From Marinobacter sp. (lineage in GTDB: Bacteria > Pseudomonadota > Gammaproteobacteria > Pseudomonadales > Oleiphilaceae), in assembly GCA_035303925.1 (NCBI GenBank), contig DATGQY010000150.1, forward strand, positions 4,847 through 68,846: DNA of 64,000 nt, read 5' to 3'. Shown piece after piece: positions 33,404 through 44,623 of the stretch. A program made the position numbers and the translations under genes. Position 1 is the first letter of the stretch, and every line of letters begins with the position of its first letter. Under the pieces are notes generated by a model. The model saw nothing but the letters and a program-made list of their open reading frames with translations, made no database searches and was not told the DNA's origin.

Positions 33404-34071
33404 ACATCAATTACAACTTCAAATTTCAGGATGGTCGGAACATTGACTTTCGCGTCACCGGCGAGTCAGTGAAGCCGCCTTCGGACGAGCCGATGCCGGC
33501 CTGGGTCAGGCTGGAACACTGCCAATGTTCCAGTTGCCCCCTAAAGAAAGGGGAGGTGACCTGGTGTCCGGCCGCGACGGAAATCCTCCCGGTGGTCGAG
33601 GCTTTCAAGGCGGAAGATGCATACCAGAAAGTGGATGTAACGGTAACCGATGAGCGCCGCTCCTACTTCAAGCAGACGACCCTTGAAGAGTCTTTACGAT
33701 CGCTTCTGGGTGTGAAAATGGCGACCAGTGGATGCCCGATACTGGCAGAGCTCAAGCCGATGGCTTTGCACCACTTACCATTCGCAAACAGTGATGAGTT
33801 CGTCATGCGCAGTGTTGGTCACTATCTACTGCAGCAGCTTTTTGCCAAGCGCAATCAACAAGAGCCGGACTGGGAGTTGGTGGGGTTGGTTCAGCGTAAT
33901 CAGAAGTTGCAGCTTGTGAACCAGGCGCTGTGGCAACGCATTCATGCCGTTTGTAAGGGAGACAGTAACTTGAAGGCGCTGCTTAATTTCTTTTCCATGG
34001 CTTCCAGTGTCAGTGTGTCACTTGAGAGCCAGCTCAGAAAGCTGCAGGCAAGAATGAAAGGGGAGGCCTAG
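33400..34071 (+). CDS. Conserved hypothetical Cys-cluster protein (DUF6901-like)
   Basis: HCQCSSCPL...WCP, MATSGCP, HHLPFA; ATGA overlap with the uup stop. Confidence 0.7.
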   Translation: MNINYNFKFQDGRNIDFRVTGESVKPPSDEPMPAWVRLEHCQCSSCPLKKGEVTWCPAATEILPVVEAFKAEDAYQKVDVTVTDERRSYFKQTTLEESLRSLLGVKMATSGCPILAELKPMALHHLPFANSDEFVMRSVGHYLLQQLFAKRNQQEPDWELVGLVQRNQKLQLVNQALWQRIHAVCKGDSNLKALLNFFSMASSVSVSLESQLRKLQARMKGEA

Positions 34072-34084
34072 CGCCTCCCCTTTC
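34056..34084. terminator. Hairpin between the convergent hypothetical and usp genes
   Basis: GAAAGGGGAGGC-CTAGC-GCCTCCCCTTTC. Confidence 0.7.
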
Positions 34085-34104
34085 TGAATGGTGTTTCGTC
34101 CCTG

Positions 34105-34536
34105 TCAGTGAATGCGAATGGCCAGCACGTCGCATTCCGTACCGTGCAGTACGCCGTTCGCTGTGGATCCCAGCAGAAGCTGGAAACCTTTGCGCCCGTG
34201 GCTGCCCACGATAACCAGATCGACCTCGTGTTCCTTGACCAACCGATGAATTTCCGATTCCGGACGGCCGACAGTGACAACCTGATCGTCCTTGCCGACA
34301 CCGTACTGATCCCCGTATTTGCCGAGCTGTTCCCTGGCTGCCTTGTCTAACTGATCCTGCAGTTCAGAGAGGTCCATGGGAATATCGCCGCCATAGGCAT
34401 AGCCTACGGGCTCAACCACATGCACCAGCATGAGCCTGGCGCCATGAGCATCACAGATTGCTTTTGCTTTTTCGAGAACCTGGGGAGCCTCTTCTGTCAG
34501 GTCAATGGCAACCAGCATTCGCTTGTAAGTCGGCAT
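34105..34536 (-). CDS. Universal stress protein (UspA family)
   Basis: YKRMLVAIDL, DLVIVGSHGRKG, LLGSTANGVLH..CDVLAIR; AAGGAG RBS. Confidence 0.93.
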   Translation of the reverse strand: MPTYKRMLVAIDLTEEAPQVLEKAKAICDAHGARLMLVHVVEPVGYAYGGDIPMDLSELQDQLDKAAREQLGKYGDQYGVGKDDQVVTVGRPESEIHRLVKEHEVDLVIVGSHGRKGFQLLLGSTANGVLHGTECDVLAIRIH

Positions 34537-34613
34537 GGGTTCACTCCTTTGCTTTTGAGGGGGATGTTCCAAGAATAATACCGATAAGCTACCGTGGGAA
34601 GGGCAGAGACGTG

Positions 34614-34627
34614 CTGACCGGCATCAA
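34614..34627 (-). promoter_or_regulatory. Degenerate FNR/Anr box upstream of usp
   Basis: TTGAT-GCCG-GTCAG on the minus strand, with TAGCTT (34586-34591) at class II -10 spacing. Confidence 0.5.
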
Positions 34628-34681
34628 GTCCGGGCAAAAGCATCAGGGGCGAGGAGGTATCGCCCCCGGGATAGAAGATAC

Positions 34682-35500
34682 TCAGCTGGTACTGAGCATA
34701 AGGTCTATGGCGGTGTTCAGTCCGCTGAGGATGCCTTTGGAGTAGCGATCAATGATGAACGACACGTTGTTGTCGTTATAGTTGATATAGGAGCTGCGGA
34801 TAAACTGCCATTTGGCGGCGACATCATCCATGGTCGTCTTTATTTCGCCGGATGGTGCGCCAGCTCGGGCGTTCGATAGAAACTCTTCAAAGATCTTCGC
34901 TTGTTCATCCAGTGGTATTTCAGTGGCGGCACCCTGGAAGGTCTGCGATACGGACGAGTTGCTCCGGGCAGCGTAGCGAACCATCATCTGGGCCATGATG
35001 ACCGATGCTGACCTGGCGGATTCGACCCGGTCGTTAGCTTGTGCGCCGCTGTTTTCCTGTGCAATGCCGTAGAGTTCCGTCGCCAGTACGTTCAGGGTTG
35101 AAGCCTGGTTGGCCATGTCCGCCATGAGTCGCAGGTCAGGGTAGCCTCGATCCCGAACTTCATTAATGTTACTGCGCATCAGGTTTTTGAACTGGTCAAA
35201 ACTCTGGTTCAGCCCTTCGACCTGATCGCCGGAAAGCACGCCACTGGTGCTCGCGATGACAGAATTCATCGCATCGTTGGCGTTGTTGATGCCCGCCACA
35301 ATCCGGTTGAGGGTTTCTGTGTCGCCTGAAGCACTGAAATTGTAGAAGGCGTCGAGAGCCAGGTAGTTATTGATCCGAAAGTCATGCAGGTCTGCGAGGA
35401 AATCTGCACTGGTCTCCTGGGCTTTCGCGCCAAATGCGGTTAAAAAGAGCAGAATCAGCGCGGTGGCGAGTGATCGTATGCGCAGGCGAGCGTCTTTCAT
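34682..35500 (-). CDS. Exported helical hypothetical protein
   Basis: Signal peptide ending AKA|QE; helical-looking sequence; divergent from fadB. Confidence 0.8.
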   Translation of the reverse strand: MKDARLRIRSLATALILLFLTAFGAKAQETSADFLADLHDFRINNYLALDAFYNFSASGDTETLNRIVAGINNANDAMNSVIASTSGVLSGDQVEGLNQSFDQFKNLMRSNINEVRDRGYPDLRLMADMANQASTLNVLATELYGIAQENSGAQANDRVESARSASVIMAQMMVRYAARSNSSVSQTFQGAATEIPLDEQAKIFEEFLSNARAGAPSGEIKTTMDDVAAKWQFIRSSYINYNDNNVSFIIDRYSKGILSGLNTAIDLMLSTS

Positions 35501-35685
35501 CGGATGAGTCTCCGTAATGCGGTTTTATTATTGTGGACTAAAGTCGTACCCCGAAGTTAAAGTAACTCTGCTGGCTAATCAAGTAGTTTCCGGCTGTTAC
35601 AAATTGTTCCTCATTATTTTCTGCAAGGTCCCTGCAGAAACAAATTGACAAATGCTCCATTTTTTTTCATCGTGTGCCCTCACGA

Positions 35686-35703
35686 TTCAAACGACTGTAT
35701 GAA
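35686..35703. promoter_or_regulatory. PsrA-type operator upstream of fadBA
   Basis: TTCAAAC-GACT-GTATGAA against consensus SAAAC-N4-GTTTS; a second CAAAC-N5-GTTTG lies at 35747-35761. Confidence 0.6.
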
Positions 35704-35816
35704 TTTTGGATCGGAAAGATCGGGCAGTGACCGAAATCTCGCTGCACAAACAGCCGGTTTGACGTATCACGTCGGCTGGCTGTCAGCAGTTCCAAACACA
35801 GACTGGAGATCAGTTG

Positions 35817-37964
35817 ATGATTTACGAAGGTAAAGCCATCACGGTTAAAGAGATCGAAGGCGGGATAGCTCAGTTGGACTTTGACTTGCAAGGCGAGTCA
35901 GTCAACAAGTTCAACCGTCTCACCATCGAAGAGCTGGGCGCCGCAGCTGAAGCACTCAAATCCCAGAAGAACCTGAAGGGCCTGGTTGTTACCAGTTCCA
36001 AGGACAGCTTTATCGTCGGTGCCGATATCACCGAGTTCACCGAGCTGTTTGCCGGTTCCGAGGAAGACCTCGTTGCCAACAACCTCAAGGCTAACGCGGT
36101 ATTCAACGCCATTGAAGACCTCCCGTTCCCGACCGTCACGGCTATTAACGGTATCGCTCTGGGCGGTGGTTTCGAAATGTGTCTGGCGACCGACTACCGT
36201 GTAATGGCTACCAAGGCCAAGGTAGGTCTGCCGGAAGTGAAGCTGGGCATCTTCCCGGGCTTCGGCGGTACCGTTCGACTGTCCCGCCTGGTTGGTGTGG
36301 ATAATGCCGTTGAATGGATTGCGGGCGGTACTGAAAACCGTGCTGACGCTGCCCTGAAAGTGGGTGCTGTTGACGCCGTAGTTGAAGCCGACAAGCTGGT
36401 TGATGCCGCTGTTGCCATTATCAAACAGTGCAACGAAGGTAAGCTGGACAATCTGGCCCGTCGTGAAGAGAAGAAGGGCAAGATCAAGCTTAACGCCATG
36501 GAAAGCATGATGGCGTTCGAGATCTCCAAGGCATTTGTTGCAGGCAAGGCTGGCAAGAACTATCCAGCGCCTGTGGAAGCCATCAAGACCATGCAGAAGC
36601 ATGCTGGCATGACCCGTGACAAGGCAATCGAGGTGGAAGCCAAAGGCTTTGCCAAGATGGCCAAAACTAACGTTGCGGCCTGTCTGGTTGGTTTGTTCCT
36701 GAATGATCAGGCACTGAAGAAGAAAGCCAGTGCGTGGGAAAAAGAAGCGTCTGATGTAAAACTGGCCGCTGTTCTCGGTGCCGGTATTATGGGTGGTGGT
36801 GTTGCTTATCAGTCCGCACTGAAAGGCACCCCGATCATCATGAAGGACATCAATCAGGACGGTATCGCCCTGGGTCTGAAAGAAGCGAAGAAGCTTCTGG
36901 CCAAGCGTGTTGATAAAGGTCGTATGGATGCAGGCCAGATGGCCGATGTTCTGAACAGCATCACGCCAACCCTGAACTACGGCGATTTCAAGAACGTAGA
37001 CCTGGTGGTTGAAGCGGTTGTTGAAAACCCGAAGGTAAAAGATGCCGTACTGCGCGAAACCGAAGAAATGGTTCGCGACGACGCCATCATCACCTCCAAT
37101 ACCTCCACGATTTCCATCAACCTTCTGGCCAAGAACCTGAAGCGTCCGGAAAACTTCTGTGGTATGCACTTCTTCAACCCGGTGCATATGATGCCGCTGG
37201 TTGAGGTTATCCGTGGTGAAAAGACCAGTGATCGCGCCATCGCGACCACCGTGGCTTACGCCAAGGCCATGGGCAAGACTCCGATCGTGGTGAACGATTG
37301 CCCGGGCTTCCTGGTTAACCGTGTTCTGTTCCCTTACTTTGGCGGTTTCGTTGGCCTGGTTCGTGACGGCGCCGACTTCCAGAAAGTCGACAAGGTCATG
37401 GAAAAGTTTGGCTGGCCGATGGGCCCTGCCTACCTGCTTGACGTTGTTGGCATGGACACTGGCAAGCACGCCGGTGACGTTATGGCTGACGGCTTCCCGG
37501 ATCGCATGAAGCACGCGGAAACCACCGCGATCGACGTGATGTTTGACAATAACCGTTACGGTCAGAAGAACAACGTTGGCTTCTACAAGTATGAACTGGA
37601 CCGCAAGGGCAAGCAGAAAAAGGTTGTCGATGAAGAAACCTACAAGTTGCTTGAGCCGGTTGTTCAGGGTAAGACCGACTTCAGTGACGAAGACATCATC
37701 GCCCGCATGATGATCCCGCTGTGTCTGGAAACTGTTCGCTGCCTGGAAGATGGCATCGTGGAAGATCCGGCTGATGCGGATATGGGTCTGATCTTCGGTA
37801 TCGGCTTCCCGCCGTTCCGTGGTGGTGCCCTGCGCTACATCGATGATATGGGTGTAGACAAGTTCGTTGAACTGGCAGACAAGTTTGCAGATCTTGGTCC
37901 TTTGTACCACCCGACCGAGAAGCTGCGTGAAATGGCCAAGACTGGCAAGAAATTCTTTGGCTAA
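35817..37964 (+). CDS. fadB: Fatty acid oxidation complex subunit alpha
   Basis: [52 protein letters not shown]. Confidence 0.97.
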   Translation: MIYEGKAITVKEIEGGIAQLDFDLQGESVNKFNRLTIEELGAAAEALKSQKNLKGLVVTSSKDSFIVGADITEFTELFAGSEEDLVANNLKANAVFNAIEDLPFPTVTAINGIALGGGFEMCLATDYRVMATKAKVGLPEVKLGIFPGFGGTVRLSRLVGVDNAVEWIAGGTENRADAALKVGAVDAVVEADKLVDAAVAIIKQCNEGKLDNLARREEKKGKIKLNAMESMMAFEISKAFVAGKAGKNYPAPVEAIKTMQKHAGMTRDKAIEVEAKGFAKMAKTNVAACLVGLFLNDQALKKKASAWEKEASDVKLAAVLGAGIMGGGVAYQSALKGTPIIMKDINQDGIALGLKEAKKLLAKRVDKGRMDAGQMADVLNSITPTLNYGDFKNVDLVVEAVVENPKVKDAVLRETEEMVRDDAIITSNTSTISINLLAKNLKRPENFCGMHFFNPVHMMPLVEVIRGEKTSDRAIATTVAYAKAMGKTPIVVNDCPGFLVNRVLFPYFGGFVGLVRDGADFQKVDKVMEKFGWPMGPAYLLDVVGMDTGKHAGDVMADGFPDRMKHAETTAIDVMFDNNRYGQKNNVGFYKYELDRKGKQKKVVDEETYKLLEPVVQGKTDFSDEDIIARMMIPLCLETVRCLEDGIVEDPADADMGLIFGIGFPPFRGGALRYIDDMGVDKFVELADKFADLGPLYHPTEKLREMAKTGKKFFG

Positions 37965-37970
37965 CCCTGA

Positions 37971-39173
<1,203 letters not shown>

Positions 39174-39205
39174 TCCGTTATCCTGATCAGTAACGCTCAT
39201 TCAGG

Positions 39206-39235
39206 AGGCCCGGCTTTTGCCGGGCCTTTCTGTTT
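39206..39235 (+). terminator. Intrinsic terminator after fadA
   Basis: AGGCCCGGC-TTTT-GCCGGGCCT followed by TTCTGTTT. Confidence 0.8.
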
Positions 39236-39438
39236 GTGCAGTCGTTATCAGGTGCCAATATTTCAAAAAAAGGGTGACTGAAGTCAAAGAATGGGTTGTC
39301 TTGCTATTCTTGACCCTGTAAAACAGTGAGCCTATACACTATGGCAGCCTTTATGTTTTCCAGTTGCCTGATTTTTATGCGAGTTTGCGGTTTGTTCAGC
39401 TCTTAACCGATTTATCGCCAAGGATACAGATCTCCGAT

Positions 39439-42078
39439 ATGGGTAAAAGTCTCGTTATTGTCGAGTCGCCAGCGAAAGCGAAGACCATCAACAAGTACCT
39501 GGGCTCGGACTTTATTGTAAAGTCCAGCGTCGGCCACATTCGTGACCTGCCTGTCAGCGGCAGTGGCAGCCAGTCTGACCCCAAAGAGCGGGCCAAGCAG
39601 GCGGCGGCCACTCGCAAATTAAGCCCTGAGGAAAAGGTCGAGCATAAAAAGCGCAAATCCAGGGAGCAACTCGTTGCCCGGATGGGTGTTGATCCCGATC
39701 ATGACTGGAGCGCTCGATACGAAATTCTGCCCGGCAAGGAAAAGGTCGTCAGTGAACTCAAGCGTCTGGCCAAATCCGCTGACCATATCTATCTGGCAAC
39801 GGATTTGGATAGGGAAGGGGAAGCCATTGCCTGGCACCTTCAGGAGACTATTGGCGGAGAGCCGGAAAAGTATCGGCGGGTGGTGTTTAACGAAATCACC
39901 AAGAGAGCCATCCAGGAGGCCTTCAAAGATCCCGGAAACCTGGACAATGACCGTGTAAATGCTCAGCAGGCCCGTCGTTTTCTCGATCGGGTTGTCGGCT
40001 ACATGGTATCGCCGCTGTTATGGGCGAAAATTGCCCGTGGTCTGTCAGCGGGTCGCGTCCAGTCCGTTGCCGTCCGTTTGATCGTTGAGCGTGAACGCGA
40101 AATCCGCAAGTTTATCCCGGAAGAGTTCTGGCAACTGCATGCCGACCTCGGCACGGTGGGAGCGAACGAGCCGGTACGATTTGAAGTGACGCGTTATGAT
40201 GACAAGCCCTATCGCCCAGTCAACGAAGCGCAGAGCCAGGAGCACGTAGCCCGGCTGAAAGAAGGTGGCTTCAAGGTCGCCAGGCGTGAAGACAAACCGA
40301 CTCGATCCAGGCCATCTGCGCCGTTTATTACCTCTACACTGCAGCAGGCGGCCAGCAACCGCATGGGTTTTAGCGTCAAGAAAACCATGATGCTGGCACA
40401 GCGTCTGTACGAAGCCGGCTACATCACTTACATGCGAACCGACTCCACCAATCTGAGTCAGGATGCGGTAGCCAGTTGTCGTGAGTTTGTGCAAAAACAG
40501 TTTGGTGAACGTTACCTTCCGGAAAGCCCCCGGCTATACGGTAGCAAGGAAGGGGCGCAGGAAGCGCACGAAGCCATTCGGCCGTCCGACGTGTCCCGCA
40601 GACCCACAGATATTTCTGGCCTGGAGAAGGACGCAGAGAAGCTTTATGACCTGATCTGGCGTCAGTTTATTGCCTGCCAGATGGCCGATGCCGAATTCCT
40701 GAGCACGTCGATCGTAGTGGCCAATGGCGATTACGAGCTGCGCACCCGCGGGCGTATCGTCAAGTTTGAGGGTTTTCTGAAAGCGGCTCCCCAGTCTGCC
40801 AAGAAAGACGAAGACGTAGCGTTGCCGGATATCAAGGTTGACGAGGTTCTCAATCTCAAAAAGCTTGATCCCAGCCAGCACTTTACCAAGCCTTCGCCAA
40901 GGTATACCGAAGCCAGCTTGGTCAAGGAGCTCGAAAAGCAGGGCATTGGCCGACCCTCTACCTATGCGTCGATTATTTCGACCATCCAGGATCGAGGCTA
41001 TGTTCGTCTGCAGAACCGCCGTTTCTATGCTGAGAAAATGGGTGAGATCGTCACTGAGCGGCTTGCTGAATCCTTCCCGAATCTCATGGATTATGACTTT
41101 ACAGCGAAGCTGGAGGACGAACTTGATCAGATCGCCGGCGGCGATGTGAACTGGAAGAAGGTTCTCAACGACTTCTACGCCAAGTTCCGTCACCAGCTCG
41201 AAAGCGCTGAGCAACCGGAAGGTGGCATGCGAGCCAACTCTCCAACCGAAACGGATATCGCGTGCCCGAGTTGTGGTCGTAATATGCAGATTCGTGTGGC
41301 CAGTACCGGTGTATTCCTTGGCTGTTCCGGATATTCATTGCCTCCCAAAGAGCGATGCAAGACCACGATTAATCTGGTGTCCGGTGATGAGGTGGTCAGT
41401 GCGGACGAGGATGTAGAAGGTGAGGGCGAAACCCGTTTGCTGCGAAAGAAACGCCGTTGCGCCAAATGCGGCACGGCCATGGACAGCTACCTGATTGATG
41501 AAACCCGCAAGCTCCACGTGTGCGGTAACAATCCTGACTGCTCAGGCTACGAGGTCGAGCAGGGTACGTTCCGCATCAAGGGGTATGACGGGCCAACGCT
41601 TGAGTGTGACAAATGTGGCTCTGAAATGCAGTTGAAGACCGGCCGTTTCGGCAAGTACTTCGGTTGCACCAATGCCGAGTGTAAAAACACCCGTAAGTTG
41701 TTGAAAAGTGGCGAGCCAGCGCCGCCCAAGATGGATCCGGTTCCGATGCCTGAGCTGCAATGCCAAAAAGTTGATGATACTTACGTGTTGCGGGATGGCG
41801 CCTCGGGATTGTTCCTGGCGGCCAGCAAGTTTCCGAAAAACCGGGAGACAAGACCGCCGTTGGTCATGGAGATCAAACCGCATCGCAAGGAAATCGATCC
41901 GAAATACGATTATCTGATGGAGGCTCCGGAAAAAGATCCGGAAGGCAATCCCGCTGTGATTCGTTACAGCCGGAAGTCCAAGGAGCAGTACGTGATGTCA
42001 GAAGAAGACGGCAAAGCGACTGGCTGGTCTGCCTGGTACGAAAACGGCCGCTGGGTTCCCAGGGACAAGAAAAAATAG
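39439..42078 (+). CDS. topA: DNA topoisomerase I
   Basis: [39 protein letters not shown]-terminal zinc ribbons. Confidence 0.98.
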   Translation: MGKSLVIVESPAKAKTINKYLGSDFIVKSSVGHIRDLPVSGSGSQSDPKERAKQAAATRKLSPEEKVEHKKRKSREQLVARMGVDPDHDWSARYEILPGKEKVVSELKRLAKSADHIYLATDLDREGEAIAWHLQETIGGEPEKYRRVVFNEITKRAIQEAFKDPGNLDNDRVNAQQARRFLDRVVGYMVSPLLWAKIARGLSAGRVQSVAVRLIVEREREIRKFIPEEFWQLHADLGTVGANEPVRFEVTRYDDKPYRPVNEAQSQEHVARLKEGGFKVARREDKPTRSRPSAPFITSTLQQAASNRMGFSVKKTMMLAQRLYEAGYITYMRTDSTNLSQDAVASCREFVQKQFGERYLPESPRLYGSKEGAQEAHEAIRPSDVSRRPTDISGLEKDAEKLYDLIWRQFIACQMADAEFLSTSIVVANGDYELRTRGRIVKFEGFLKAAPQSAKKDEDVALPDIKVDEVLNLKKLDPSQHFTKPSPRYTEASLVKELEKQGIGRPSTYASIISTIQDRGYVRLQNRRFYAEKMGEIVTERLAESFPNLMDYDFTAKLEDELDQIAGGDVNWKKVLNDFYAKFRHQLESAEQPEGGMRANSPTETDIACPSCGRNMQIRVASTGVFLGCSGYSLPPKERCKTTINLVSGDEVVSADEDVEGEGETRLLRKKRRCAKCGTAMDSYLIDETRKLHVCGNNPDCSGYEVEQGTFRIKGYDGPTLECDKCGSEMQLKTGRFGKYFGCTNAECKNTRKLLKSGEPAPPKMDPVPMPELQCQKVDDTYVLRDGASGLFLAASKFPKNRETRPPLVMEIKPHRKEIDPKYDYLMEAPEKDPEGNPAVIRYSRKSKEQYVMSEEDGKATGWSAWYENGRWVPRDKKK

Positions 42079-42103
42079 TACCCGGCCTGGTGCGGCCGGG
42101 TAC
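42078..42103. terminator. Hairpin between the convergent topA and dehydrogenase genes
   Basis: GTACCCGGCC-TGGTGC-GGCCGGGTAC. Confidence 0.6.
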
Positions 42104-42115
42104 GTAAGCCTGAAT

Positions 42116-42988
42116 TCAGTTCTTGCGAAGCCGCTGGATGAGCGACGAAGTATCCCAGCGGCTGCCGCCCATTTGCTGCACATCTCCATAGAACTGATCT
42201 ACCAGCGCCGCAACCGGCAGCCTGGCGCCGTTACGGCGCGCCTCCTCAAGGCAGATGCCGAGGTCTTTGCGCATCCAGTCTACCGCGAAACCGTGCTCAA
42301 AATGGCCATCAATCATGGTGCCGGAGCGGTTTTCCATCTGCCAGGATTGGGCTGCGCCTTTGGAAATAACGTCAACCACCTTGCGCACATCCAGTTCAGC
42401 CTGCTCGGCGAAATGCAGGGCTTCGGATAACCCCTGAATCAGACCTGCGATCGCAATCTGGTTAACCATTTTGGTTTTTTGGCCGCTGCCAACCGGACCC
42501 ATAAGGTTGAGTGCGCGGGCATAATGCTGCATTACCGGGGCGGCTTTGCTGTAGTCTTCTTCGCGTCCTCCGCACATGATCGTGAGTTGTCCATTTTCAG
42601 CGCCTTGTTGTCCACCGGACACTGGTGCGTCAATAAAGCCCAGACCAGCGTCCCGAGCAAGAGCTGCGAGGTGTGTGGCTACGCCGGCAGACGCGGTCGT
42701 GTGGTCGATAAGGACGGCACCGCTCGGCGTGTTGGCTATGATGCCGTCAGGGCCGTCGTAAATAGCGAGCAAATCTTTATCTGCGCCAACGCAGGTGATG
42801 ACCAGATCAGACCCCTCAACGGCGCTGGCTATTGTCGCGCAGGCCACCCCTGAGAATACGGAGGTCCATTGGTCAGCTTTTGCTGTCGAGCGATTCCACA
42901 CACGAACAGACAGGCCGGCCTTTGCAAGGTGTCCCGCCATTGGGTATCCCATAACTCCCAGACCAATAAAGGTGACTGTAATCGCCAT
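42116..42988 (-). CDS. Beta-hydroxyacid dehydrogenase (3-hydroxyisobutyrate dehydrogenase family)
   Basis: FIGLGVMGYPMA, DAPVSGG, GSGQKTKMVNQ, MRKDLG. Confidence 0.92.
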   Translation of the reverse strand: MAITVTFIGLGVMGYPMAGHLAKAGLSVRVWNRSTAKADQWTSVFSGVACATIASAVEGSDLVITCVGADKDLLAIYDGPDGIIANTPSGAVLIDHTTASAGVATHLAALARDAGLGFIDAPVSGGQQGAENGQLTIMCGGREEDYSKAAPVMQHYARALNLMGPVGSGQKTKMVNQIAIAGLIQGLSEALHFAEQAELDVRKVVDVISKGAAQSWQMENRSGTMIDGHFEHGFAVDWMRKDLGICLEEARRNGARLPVAALVDQFYGDVQQMGGSRWDTSSLIQRLRKN

Positions 42989-43144
42989 TTGCTTGCTCCC
43001 GTGTACAGCTTCTGCGTTTCCGCTAGGGTAATCATCCCTTGCGGCTGATGTTTGATGTTGAGAATAGCGGAATTTTTAGGTGTTAACGATAGTTGCGCCA
43101 GGTCACAAAGTAGTGGCTTGGTTTGGCTGTCAATGCAGAACTCA

Positions 43145-43173
43145 TAGATATTCCGCGGCCGCCTTCCTATACT
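43145..43173 (+). promoter_or_regulatory. Putative sigma70 promoter of the M48-pilin gene
   Basis: TAGATA-17 bp-TATACT. Confidence 0.5.
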
Positions 43174-43312
43174 TCGCGAGCTTACTGCAAGGATGCATAG
43201 AGACTGCCTCGAAATGCCCGATATTTTGATACGGCTCTTCGTGTTCCTGCGGTTAAACCGGAATAGGGAGGTGCATAGCGCTTGCCTGCAGTTTTTTCGT
43301 TGAGGGAATTCT

Positions 43313-44521
43313 ATGACGTTGGTTTATAAAAATGAAAAGCCGTTAGTTGCTATTACGGCGATCGTAGCGGCTATTGTCTGGCTTGCGCTGTTTCTGGGAA
43401 CATTTGGCATTATTCTGATCTATCTGCTGCTGGGATATCTGTTCTTTTTGTTTGCCCATTCAGCCTTTATCTCACACCTTAAAGGGGCTGGGGTTCGTAT
43501 CAGTCCGGAGCAGTATCCCGATCTTTACGAGAGTCTGGTGAGGTGCTCGAACAGGGTGGGTGTCAAGGAGGTGCCGGAAGCGTACCTTCTGCGCACGGAC
43601 TTCTTCAACGCGCTGGCTACCAAGTTTCTGGGTCGGCATTTTGTTGTCCTGTTTACCGACGTTGTGGATGCTCTGGAGGACCAGCCGGGAGCAATCGACT
43701 TCTACATCGGGCACGAACTCGGTCATATTCATCGTAAGCATTTGTCATGGGGGCCATTCCTGATTCCGGGGGCCTGGCTACCGATTATTGGACCGGCTTT
43801 GCGCAGGGCAGAGGAGTACACTTGTGATCGCTATGGTGTGGCGTGCTGCCAGTCTCCGGATGATATCAAAGCAGCCCTGGCGGCTATTGCCGCGGGCGAT
43901 ACCCGTTGGAAGACCATCAATATTGATGCCTATATCGGACAGGTGTCGGTGACTAACGGTTTCTGGATGTCGCTGAATGAGCTGACCGGTGACTATCCCT
44001 GGTTGACCAAGCGCATGGCGACAGCCGTTGCGCTTTCCGAGGGGCGTGAGATTTCCCACCCCCGTCGCAGCCCGCTGGCCTGGTGCTTTGCGCTCTTCAT
44101 CCCGCGTCTTGGTGCCGGCGGTGGCATGGCATCGCTGGTGGTGATGGTTGCTGTGGTGGGTATTCTGGCGGCTGTTGCGATTCCTCAGTATCAGGAGTAC
44201 GTAGAGCGTACGCGATTCCAGGGCGCCTATTCCACCGCCCTTGAGGTTCAGCATTCGGTTGACGCTTACGTTGAGCAGCATGAAATGTGGCCGGTGACCA
44301 TGCAGGACATGGGGTACCCTGAGGCTACACTGGATAATGTCGAGAACGCCTATTCAATTGATGTTTATGACAGTGGAATCATCGGCGTTGAAATGGGGTT
44401 GGATGAACTGGGTGAACCGGAATACATCGTACTCGAGCCGACAGTCACAGATACCGGGCTGACCTGGACGTGCTACGGTCAGAATGTCACCGCTAAACTG
44501 TTGCCTGAGAGCTGCCGTTAA
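43313..44521 (+). CDS. M48 (HtpX-like) zinc metallopeptidase fused to a C-terminal type IV pilin domain
   Basis: N-terminal TM helices, FNALA, HELGH, EEYTCD; then VAVVGILAAVAIPQYQEYVER and a terminal WTC...LPESCR disulfide loop. Confidence 0.85.
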   Translation: MTLVYKNEKPLVAITAIVAAIVWLALFLGTFGIILIYLLLGYLFFLFAHSAFISHLKGAGVRISPEQYPDLYESLVRCSNRVGVKEVPEAYLLRTDFFNALATKFLGRHFVVLFTDVVDALEDQPGAIDFYIGHELGHIHRKHLSWGPFLIPGAWLPIIGPALRRAEEYTCDRYGVACCQSPDDIKAALAAIAAGDTRWKTINIDAYIGQVSVTNGFWMSLNELTGDYPWLTKRMATAVALSEGREISHPRRSPLAWCFALFIPRLGAGGGMASLVVMVAVVGILAAVAIPQYQEYVERTRFQGAYSTALEVQHSVDAYVEQHEMWPVTMQDMGYPEATLDNVENAYSIDVYDSGIIGVEMGLDELGEPEYIVLEPTVTDTGLTWTCYGQNVTAKLLPESCR

Positions 44522-44564
44522 TGCAGCTGATAAAGTGACTTGTTGTGCAGGTCGTGAAGCAAAC

Positions 44565-44594
44565 AAAAAGGCCGCTGATATCAGCGGCCTTTTT
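44565..44594. terminator. Bidirectional terminator between the M48-pilin gene and gltA
   Basis: AAAAAGGCCGCTGATATCAGCGGCCTTTTT perfect palindrome. Confidence 0.9.
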
Positions 44595-44623
44595 GCATCT
44601 ACCTGCGGTCCACCCCGTGGAAC

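Noticed and set aside
35860-35877. GCGGGATAGCTCAGTTGG in fadB resembling the 5' end of tRNA-Gly (30459)
   Set aside because: It lies within fadB coding sequence (GGIAQL), needs a gap to align, matches the 5' rather than 3' end of the tRNA, and no integrase is present. Probably chance, not an att site.
43210-43235. GCCCGATATTTTGATAC resembling part of 6S RNA
   Set aside because: The match is short, the region seems too small for the long 6S rod, and the usual zapA/ygfA context is absent.
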